From Octopus sinensis (Eukaryota): a stretch of DNA of 64,000 nucleotides. The DNA lies in assembly GCF_006345805.1 (NCBI RefSeq), contig NC_042999.1, positions 80,352,001 to 80,416,000 on the forward strand, read 5' to 3'. The translations under genes and the position numbers were made by a program. The notes beneath the pieces were generated by a model that ran no database searches, was not told the DNA's origin, and saw only the letters and a program-made list of their open reading frames with translations. This document shows, piece by piece, positions 54,330 through 64,000 of the stretch. Within the stretch, counting starts at the first letter, position 1, and each line of letters starts with the position of its first letter.

Positions 54330-54899
54330 TACATACACACACACACACAGAGGAAAGTAAGCTATAAATAGTCGACTGACACTTATGCATAAGTATACAT
54401 ATTTATGTATAGATATGTAAAGTGTTGAGAAGAACAAATGATTAGGCTTCTGCACAATCAGCATGAATGATGATTCGTAATCGGGACATTTAAAGAATAT
54501 GGCACTATTGCAGGAGGAGATATAATCAAATAATTGATGGTATTTTGAGGAGAGCAGTGAACAATTCAGATGTGTTTTCCGTTCTAAGGGAATGTGATAT
54601 TGAGTCAGAGAAACCGGAATTGTTAAAGTCCTGATGAGATATGTGAGAGGAAGTGAGAGTCTGCACGTACAGACTCTCACATTAGCATTGTATGACAAAC
54701 ATAAATAAAGAATGCACCCTGGACAACTGAAATGGTTTGTAGAAGCGGATTGACAAATTTACTCCTCAAAGAGAAATAGAATGTGTGCTTTTCGCATGAG
54801 ATGATGTGTGCGATCTCGTTTGTAGAGAAATGATTGGATGTTTGCAGAGAAGGGGAGGAAATTGCTTAAGCGTTTGGATAAATGTCTTCTCAGAGTGAA

Positions 54900-55075
54900 C
54901 TTGATACATATAAATAATAGGGTGGGTTCAGTAAGCGAGTTGCCAGAACCGTTAGCACCCCACGCGAAATGTTTAACGGAATTTCGTTCGTGCGTGCGAT
55001 CTGAATTCAAATACTGCTAAGGTCTAATTTGCTGTTTCTCCTTTCGTGGTTGATTAAATTAGGACTAGTCTAGCA
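54900..55075 (+). mobile_element. Old family-A SINE fragment
   Basis: gagttgccagaaccgttagcac...gaattcaaatac...cctttcgtggttgat resembles the head and core. Confidence 0.7.
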
Positions 55076-55343
55076 TTGAGTTACATGTAATCAATTTACC
55101 CGCTACTCAAAATGTCTGGCCCAAATAAGAAGAGAAAATTATGGGTGGTTTCATAAGTGATAACGACAAAACGTTACTGATGATGGACTTAATTCTAGTA
55201 GCCATGTCAAAAATATTTTATATTTTTTTAATACAGCTTTCACCTCTAGCAATTATTCGAAAATAATTTTTGTATAAACCTCGAGAAGAGAAACTTGAAT
55301 TCATTTTCAATCTCTCCAATTTATCTGTCCACCTGCCTCTTAG

Positions 55344-55409
<66 letters not shown>

Positions 55410-56684
55410 ATACATATATATATTTACGTACACTTGTAGAACGTTTACTTTTATATCCAAATAAATCGAAAAGAGAAGACCGAAGATTAAAATCTTTCTA
55501 TAAAGACTGGTGTATAACCTAACTGTTCCTCTGCTAATCACCACACGCTAAGACAAACACTTTCACAAAATCAAGACGAAGTATTACAGCATCTTCACTG
55601 TAAAGAACAACAGCATATACACACAATTATTAACTCATACAAATACATGCACACAAATTCACATACACATACACACACACACGCTAACACAAACGAAGAA
55701 AGAAACACTTATAGAAGAATATTCAGTAAGCAAAACAATATGGACATGGTTTTGATCAAGAAATGTCTTAATGTACATTGTGGTAAATGAACTGTCGCTA
55801 ATGATCTTTAAAAGGAAAAGTACAGTAATGTGAACAGCAATGATGTTGCTGGTGGTGTTGATGGTGATGATGGCGGTGGTAGTATTTAAGATGGAGATGG
55901 GATTTAGAGGAAGGTAGTAATAGTTATGATGACGATGATAATAACAATAATAATGATTATGATAATGATGGAGATCACTTATTTGATGGCAACCCTATTA
56001 AGCAATTTTGTCATTAAACGACAATTATAAAAAGAAAAACAATTAATAAACAGTAACCAATGAAAAATAGAAACACGAAGCAGAAAAGAAAAACAAAAAC
56101 AATGAAAAATAATAAAAACAGCTAAAGTTTAACATTAAAGCTGAAAGAACATCAAATTACTTATTCTCTTCATTTTCTCCGATAGCAACATCAACAACAA
56201 CAACAACACCCACGAAGTAAATGTATTGTCTTTAAACTGTAAATGATATATTTTGGCTCTCATTATCTCTCCCTCTTTCTCCTTCATCTACACACATATT
56301 ATCTCTCTTTCACTCTCTCACTTCCCGTTAGCTGATCAAGCAGATTATAGTTTCTGATGATTACTATAATAAGCACATCTTGTATTTATGTGTGTATGCG
56401 TGTCTATGTGCATGTGTGCAGAATGAAAGGAGAGGATGGAGAGATAATGTGTTCCTCTGTCTGTGTGCATGTGTGTATGTGTATGTTTGAGTGCATCTGA
56501 GTGTAAACTTCAACTATCAAATTTTAGCAGCCTCCAATCTCTTCATGAAATTAAAAGTGCAATATCGGCAAAATTGCTTGAGAATAGTTAAGTAAGTATT
56601 GAACTTTTTTAAAAGTCACGTAGCATACTATTCTTGTATGATGCATAAAATGAAATATTTTTCTTATCGGCATACACGTACCTA

Positions 56685-56719
56685 TATATATATATATATA
56701 TAGATATATATATATATAT

Positions 56720-56751
<32 letters not shown>

Positions 56752-56764
56752 ATATATATAATAT

Positions 56765-56801
<37 letters not shown>

Positions 56802-56810
56802 AATATATAT
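56685..56810. repeat. Interrupted (TA)n microsatellite
   Basis: Directly visible. Confidence 0.96.
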
Positions 56811-56811
56811 A

Positions 56812-57228
56812 CTCTTCTACTCTTTTACTTGTTTCAGTCATTTGACTGCAGCCACGCTGGAGCACCGCCTTTAGTCGAGCAAATCGACCCCAGGACGTAT
56901 TCTTTGTAAGCCTAGTACCTATTCTATTCTATCGTTCTCTTTTGCCGAACCGCTATGTTACGGTGACGTAAACACACCAGCATCGGTTGTCAAGCGGTGT
57001 TGTGGTGACAAGCACAGACACAAAAACATATACATACACATACTTTTATATATATATATATATATATATAAATGCGATATGCCTCTTTCAGTTTCCGTCT
57101 ACCAAATCCACTCACAAGGCTTTGGTCGGCCCGAGGGTATAGTAGAAGACACTTATCCCAGGTTCCATGCAGTAGGAATGAGCCCGGAACTATGTGGTTG
57201 GTATGCAAGCTACTTACCCCACAGCCAC
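56812..57228 (-). mobile_element. Family-B SINE
   Basis: Homologous to 24076 and 52673; internal (TA)n. Confidence 0.92.
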
Positions 57229-57734
57229 GTGTGTGTGTACATATGTATAGTAAAATCATTACCCACATATGTAATATGTTCGCGTCAATTAAAGATACAC
57301 ATACACGCACACATGTACACATTCATGTAATACTTTTTATTTCATTATGGAGTGATATTAGCCTCAAAATCAATGAAATATATCTAGCCACCGATTCTTT
57401 AACTCTTTCGTAGCCCAAACATTCCGCTTTTCACCTTTGGAAAAGTTACCAAACTTATATGTATGATCACAATATATTAACATATACGTACAAGTATTAA
57501 TCTATACACACAGACATACACGTATATGTATATATGTAAGTGTAGTATGAAAATCGAAAAGAATGTGGGTACGATTTACGAAAAAGGAGAGGCAAATGCA
57601 CTCATCAGCCATGGAGACTAGAATTAGCATAGTTTCGGCACTTTTGCAGTTAACCAACTTTAATTTCTATGATAATATTTATCTGGCTGTCACCGCTTGA
57701 TTCGTTGTACCCAGCATATTTTAAAATCATTTCG

Positions 57735-57835
57735 TTCTGGATTTCCTATTTTTATTGGGGTCGATTCATTCGAGTGGAAATTCAAAGCAGTGCTCCAACA
57801 TGGTCACAGTCTAATGACCGAAACAAATAAGAAAA
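57735..57835 (+). mobile_element. Family-B SINE tail fragment
   Basis: ggggtcgattcattcga...gtgctccaacatggtcacagtc.aatgaccgaaacaa. Confidence 0.7.
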
Positions 57836-57968
57836 AGGCAAAATCCCTCATTTGTCTTTCTCTTTGCATTTCTTTTGTATTTTGACACTCACTTATCTTT
57901 CTCCTATCTCTCAATCTTTGTTTCTATCTCAAACTTGCCCTTTTTATCTGCCCTCTTTCAAAAGTTGA

Positions 57969-58004
<36 letters not shown>

Positions 58005-58227
58005 ACTCTTTCTCTTTTACGCACTTCTATGCGCTACCACTATTAATGCGGCCCAATCTGAAAATTGCTCAACCTCATTCGGGCTGTTTTAATGAATATT
58101 TTATTGAAATTAGACAATCTTTCTTTCTTGTTTCCTTCCATTCGACACGAAAGTATCTTCCCTATTCCTTCCGCCATACTTTTTCCGTGCTTTTGCAAAA
58201 GGCTATCACTTTGCGTGGTATGTTGGT

Positions 58228-58375
58228 GCAGGCGTGGCTGTGTGATAAGTGGCTTACTTTTCAGTCACGTGGTTTCGGGTTCCGCTCCATTACATGGCAT
58301 CTTGGAGAACTGTCTTCTCCTAAATTCACGAACTGACCAAAGACTTGTAACTTGAACTGGTAGAGAGAAGGTGAG
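58228..58375 (+). mobile_element. Family-B SINE head/core fragment, diverged
   Basis: gcaggcgtggctgtgtgataag ... gggttccgctcc ... gaactgaccaaagacttgt. Confidence 0.7.
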
Positions 58376-58900
58376 GCCCATGGTACATACACACTGACAC
58401 GCAAACACACACTCACACAACGACATACACACGCATATATATGTATACATTTATTTATATGTACATTCACTACTGTATATAAACGATATATTTAGTTAGA
58501 ATTCAAAACACGGAGCATATGTCAGGTGTATTGTTTAGTGTGCGCGATTATATTTATATATTTACACTGCGTTTGATGCCTAGATATTTGGGTAGAAATA
58601 ATCGAATGGCAAAGTCTATATTTCAGTAATATGCTTTCTGATCTTCCTATAAGCTGTAAATACATTGCAAAAGTATGGAGATAATCAATGTAAAATCATG
58701 TGTTGTATTATTTTTCAAATGCATATATTTAAAACACACACGCGCACACACACATACATATATGTATATATTTATATAAATTCAAGTAAAGATTATGAAC
58801 CTCAAAAAAGTATAATAAATCCTATCAAAATACTGGTTAGAAGCCAATCAATAGAAAGTTCAACCACAAGGTAACCATATAAACCGTGGTCCATTTATTT

Positions 58901-59598
58901 ATATATTTAAAGAATAAGGGGGAAAATAGAGTAGTAATTAATAAAATATTATTTATTAATTATAAAATATGACAACATCTCTGGCAGTTGCTCGATTCAG
59001 TAATCTTTAGATAATTAAATTGTAAATTTAAAATCATTATAAGATTAATCTCTTCAGAGGTAGTAAAGACATACCGATTAGAAATACATGCTGAAGTAAG
59101 GGCTATAAAGCGTTATATACAAAAAAGAACCGGTTATAGACGGCCTCATTCCAACATAAGGGGAGAAGGTAGTGTATATTTTGTCTTAAAGAAAGAAAAG
59201 AAAAACGCATGTATATTTGAATATATAATAATGTCATATAGCGTCGTACTTCTTTATAATACAGCAATACAAAAATTTAAAGTTATAAAATTCAAGTCAA
59301 GTAGAAGCAAAAAGTGCCAATTATATATTAACTAAAGCTATCAGAAAAAGATAAATAATTTCTTTTTGTATATATGCTATCAGTTACCGGTTTATAGCCT
59401 TTATCTCAACATGTAATCACTAATCGGTATATCTTTGCTACCTCTGAAGAGAATTATCTCATGAAGATTTTAATTTTATAAATTATCTGAAAACTATTGA
59501 ATCGAAACAGCTGTCAGAGATGTTGTCATGTTTTATAATTAGTAAATAATATTTTATTAATTACCTCTCCATTTTCTCCTTCTTCTTTATATATATAT
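58901..59598. repeat. Fold-back unit with ~210-230-bp inverted arms (roughly 80% identical by eye) and ~250-bp spacer
   Basis: 58901-59110 aligns with the reverse complement of 59390-59598 (e.g. GTAATTAATAAAATATTATTTA, TGACAACATCTCTG, TCTCTTCAGAGGTAG, ATACCGATTAG). Confidence 0.92.
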
Positions 59599-59924
59599 TT
59601 TATAATTATATACATAATCATAACAAGCATTTGGTTATGTGCCTCACCATGCACTGAAAACTAGACGCCAAATGACACTATTACCACTATAAATTCTCCG
59701 AGAATAACACACCAAATAATAGGCTAGCAAAAGAAAGAAAATGAATTAGAACTTTCAGTTACACGCCTACAAGATCCTGTTTCGAGCTTAAAGTAAAAAC
59801 AAATATTACCAATTGCTTTCATCAGCGATGGTATTCCATAGCATAAATTCACGAGTGTCTAGTGTCTAGTGATGAAAGCAATAGGCAATATTTTTTTACT
59901 GGTTCTTCAATATTGCCTTTCTAC

Positions 59925-62230
59925 CGTTTATTACCCATTTGACAACATAAACTTCCACAAAGCGGACTGGGGAACAATCAGAAAGGATCTGTCTTCCATC
60001 GACTGGTCTTTTACTCTCAATTCCTCTCATATTGAGACCGCGTGGCAGCACTTTGAAAACATTGTCACCTATACATGCTCTAAACACGCTCCCAAGAAAT
60101 CTACTAACACAAACAGAAACCGGCTCCCTAAAAAGAAAAAAAACACTCATCAGGCGCATCAAAAGACTCAACAAAAAAATCAACCAATTAAAATATTCCC
60201 ACACACAACATCCACACTCAACAACAATGAAAAGACTACAGCTGGAAAAACTTCATCTGCAGACCAACATGAAAACCTCCATTGAAAATCAAAGAGCTGT
60301 GGAGGAACAATGGGTAATCAAAAACATCAAACAGAACCCAAAAGTGTTTTATTCTTATGCAAATAAGCATAGAACCACTGTCTCACCCATTGGGCCATTG
60401 ATTGATGATAACGGCATTCCCCAACACGATGATAAAGAAATGGCAGAAATACTGCAGAAACAATACTGCTCTGTCTTTAGTGTTCCCACTGATATTGACG
60501 TAAGGAAACGAACGAAGTTGACTCCCACACAAAATATCAGACATAACCTTCACTGCCACCGACATCGTAGCAGCAATAAATGAGGTCAAACATTACTCTG
60601 CTGTAGGCCCTGATAGATTTCCCGCTAGTCTCCTGAAGGAATGTAGATACCAACTTGCAGTCCCTCTGACCTACCTCTGGAGAAATTCGTTAGACGCAGG
60701 TTATATACCGAACAGTTTCTATCCCAGTCGGTCATCCCTGTTTTCAAACAGGGAACAGATCCCTCGCAGTCAACTATCGCCCAATCTCACTCACCTCCCA
60801 CATCATTAAAGTGTTTGAAAGAGTGTTAAGATCAAGGATAGCTGACTTCCTGGAGACCCACAAACTCCTAAATGCAAATCAGCATGGCTTTCGCTGTGGC
60901 AGGGACTGTCTAACACAGCTCTTACACCATATTGAAGATGTACTCAAAGCCTTGGGAACAGGTTCAAACTCTGACGTCATATATCTTGACTTCAGTAAAG
61001 CGTTCGACAGGGTAGACCATAACATCCTACTCTCAAAATTGGCAAACGTTGGAATCCGTGGAAAAGTTCTACACTGGATTAAGTATTTTCTGGCGAATAG
61101 AACACAACATGTTGTAGTTGATGGAGTCCACTCAAACCCAGCAAAAGTCACCAGCGGTGTTCCCCAGGGAACTGTTTTGGGTCCGCTACTCTTCATAATT
61201 TACGTAAACGACCTTTCCAGTGTCGTACATTACTGCAAAGTGAAAATATTTGCTGATGACACTAAGCTCCCGCAAATCGTCAATGAAGAAACAGACCGAA
61301 CTCAACTCCAGTGTGATCTATATGCTGTGAGTCAATGGGCAGACAGAAACAAAATGCAACTGAATGAGGGAAAATTTGAGCTGATGCATTTTGGAAGAAA
61401 TTCCTCACTAAAACAACCATACTCTCTTCCTTCAGGGGAACAGCTCACAGCCTCTAACAATATCAGAGACCTGGGTGTAATTGTTGATGACAATCTCAGT
61501 TGGAGTGCACACATCAACAAGAAGGTCGATATAGCTCGTAGGATGAGTTCCTGGATCTTAAGAACTTTCCGGTCCAGAGAACAAGGTGTCATCATACCAC
61601 TTTTTTCCTCCTTTGTACGGCCACACCTTGAATACTGCTGCCCACTGTGGTCTCCTCACACAAGACAAAACATCTCCAGAGTTGAGTCACCCCAGAGGGC
61701 ACTCACTAAACAAATTGAAAGCATGGCTGCTCTCGATTATTGGGATCGCCTTAAAGCCTTGAAACTTTACTCCCTCCAGCGTCGCCGTGAGCGGTACATC
61801 ATTTGTACGATGTGGAAAATATACCGCCAACTTTGCCCAAACGACCTGAACATTAGCTTCAAGGTTCATCCAAGACTTGGACCACGGGCTATACGTCCCC
61901 TGCCCAATTCAAGATCACAACATACATGTACACTGCAACATAATTTCTTTTCTTCAACAGGCCCTGCCCTATTTAACATTGTCCCGAGGGAGATCAAAGA
62001 GGAAAAGGATCCCATCAACTTTAAACAGAGTCTGGATAGATTCCTTCAAAGAATACCAGATAAGCCACCCATAATTGGATATAACTCACCCAACAAGAAC
62101 TCACTAATTGAACAAAACTTGACTTAAACAAAACTTGACTTAAACAGGATTCGAATAATCCTATCAGGTGGTGCTATTAATTTAGACATGGCCTGGAGCA
62201 ATCTTTGGTCGAAACATATCTAAGTTTATA
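59925..62230 (+). mobile_element. Young 5'-truncated CR1-clade LINE (ORF2 3' part + 3' UTR)
   Basis: NFHKADW, NPKVFYSY, SAVGPD, NYRPISLTS, NQHGFR, YLDFSKAFDRVDH, SGVPQGTVLGPLLF, FADDTK, RPHLEYCCPLWSP, LQRRRER. About four frameshifts upstream of 60811 and no premature stop seen. The 3' UTR has an AGGATT/AATCCT hairpin and ends in TA repeats. Confidence 0.96.
60811..62127 (+). CDS. LINE reverse transcriptase domain and C-terminus (438 aa, uninterrupted)
   Basis: ORF track; complete non-LTR RT motifs including the FADD catalytic box. Not a host gene. Confidence 0.9.
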   Translation: MFERVLRSRIADFLETHKLLNANQHGFRCGRDCLTQLLHHIEDVLKALGTGSNSDVIYLDFSKAFDRVDHNILLSKLANVGIRGKVLHWIKYFLANRTQHVVVDGVHSNPAKVTSGVPQGTVLGPLLFIIYVNDLSSVVHYCKVKIFADDTKLPQIVNEETDRTQLQCDLYAVSQWADRNKMQLNEGKFELMHFGRNSSLKQPYSLPSGEQLTASNNIRDLGVIVDDNLSWSAHINKKVDIARRMSSWILRTFRSREQGVIIPLFSSFVRPHLEYCCPLWSPHTRQNISRVESPQRALTKQIESMAALDYWDRLKALKLYSLQRRRERYIICTMWKIYRQLCPNDLNISFKVHPRLGPRAIRPLPNSRSQHTCTLQHNFFSSTGPALFNIVPREIKEEKDPINFKQSLDRFLQRIPDKPPIIGYNSPNKNSLIEQNLT

Positions 62231-62396
62231 TATATATATATACATACACTACAAATAATTTTGTAGCCACATTTGTATGAAATCGTTTGAGTTTTATGAA
62301 GTAGGCTTCTCTGGACAAGAAGAACGACATTATTTGATATTATACTGAAACGTCAGGTAAATTTTCTTCACGATACACACGCATACACAATTATAC

Positions 62397-62451
<55 letters not shown>

Positions 62452-63701
62452 TATGCACAAATATTTCTGTAAATACACATGCATAGATTTATGCGTATTA
62501 AGCATTTGTTAAGTTGTTCACTAACCTTTATATTCTAGAGACAGTCTTTTGTTAATGCTTCAAATATTCCAGTTTTAGAGCATTCTTTACTAAGTTGTTT
62601 ATCATTTGGTCGTGATATATCAATAAAAAATATCTTGGAAAGATACACAACAACGTAAGCACTCACACTCCTACATATACTTGAATGTATATACGCATGT
62701 GTGTACTGTGTGTGTGTGTGAGTGTGTGTGTATACATGCTCGCGCGTGTGTGCGTGCGCGCAGGTGATATAAACACATTTCAATAGAGAGCAGTTACATG
62801 AAAATATAAATAATATGCCAATATCTCTTGTTTAGTACGATACCTTGTTATTTGTGCATCTGCTTGTCAGGAAAGACAGTTTGGCTGGAAATATCCATAT
62901 TTATATGATGAATTATTGGTACATGAAATTCATTCCGAAGTATTTTAAATTCGCAATTTTACATTTGAATTTGTATTTCACAAAATACTTTTTAGGTAAC
63001 TAATGCAGATTTTTGCGACATTCGCGTACCAGAGCAAATTCATGTAACTATAGCAAATAACCTCGTATCAAAAGTGTGTACGGACACTTTAGTAAGTGCA
63101 TGAATGTGCGGAGACATAGTAGATACAGGGGTATGCTGTCCTTGACTCTACATTGCTGTCTACGTTATTAAGACACCTCGAGTGTGTGTGTGTGTGTGAG
63201 TGCATGTGTACATGTGCATTAATGCGTACCCTTTCTTAGTTGGACATTCCTCAAGCGATACTTGTTCTCTCTCCTGCCAGCTTCACTGCTGATACGCCTC
63301 AGTTTTGTGCTCTGCTAGTCTGCTAGTTGCTGAGAAGAGTAGATCTGCACCTTGGTGTATTTCATTGTCTTAGGAAATCTAGCACGTGAACGACATGTTA
63401 GGAATCTTGGTCTGTGCTACGTAGTCTTCTTTGAATTTCCCATTACATGTCCAAATCATTTACTTATCCCGTTAATGGAGTTTTAAATGAAAGACTTTAC
63501 TCATGCAGATATTTCTCATCGCATTTCATAGCATGAGATATGTGCGTTTCTATTAAGTAAGAAGATATGCAAAATATCGAAGGTGATGTCGATGAATGGA
63601 AAGAAAGAGAAAAGACAGTGTATTGATATACATACGTTCACAGTTTGTGTCTGTGTCTCACTCCACAGTCTCATACACACGCACATGCATACACACATGA
63701 G

Positions 63702-63741
<40 letters not shown>

Positions 63742-64000
63742 AAGAGAGAAAGAGAGAGATTGGAAGACATAAAGAGAAACAGTAAGAGATGAAAAACACA
63801 CAAATAGAACGAAGAAGATTATGCGTTAAGGAAAAGGACAAAAAAGACCGATATGAATTTACAGACGTAAAACACGTGCTGGTAAAATCAAAGAAATGAA
63901 ACGAACCCGTAATAAGAAGAATGTAAGATTATAAATAAATGTAACATTTCGGGATGTTTACTTCATCAAAGAGTGAAAGAGAAATATAAGAAATAAGGAA

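Noticed and set aside
54630-54650. CTGATGAG hammerhead core
   Set aside because: No downstream GAAA or stem III.
63220-63470. Possible RTE 3'-end relic (-)
   Set aside because: Resemblance to GRPR...W motifs is too weak.

Overview
Repeat-saturated, very AT-rich eukaryotic DNA. It is most likely from an octopus (coleoid cephalopod), judged from SINE families I recall from Octopus genomes; no search was run. I found no recognisable host protein-coding gene, and nearly all ORFs in the supplied track are translations of (TA)n/(CA)n/trinucleotide microsatellites. The window holds: a young 5'-truncated CR1-type LINE with an uninterrupted 438-aa RT ORF; an R4/Dong-type LINE relic; several Penelope-like (PLE) relics; two full-length and several partial Tc1/mariner fossils; a hAT relic; and copies of at least four tRNA-derived SINE families. 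The most interesting observations are: (1) two independent insertions of the same head-to-tail trimeric SINE, each bracketed by one ~16-bp target-site duplication (TSD); (2) many minimal hammerhead-ribozyme-like motifs in non-coding PLE-terminal-repeat-like DNA, one nearly canonical at 41504-41543; (3) long fold-back units embedded in TA microsatellites; (4) small inversions carrying 18-23-bp inverted duplications at their breakpoints; (5) a structured GC-richer island with a 7+7-bp H-type pseudoknot. Relic boundaries are approximate; TSD, TIR and hairpin coordinates were counted by hand.
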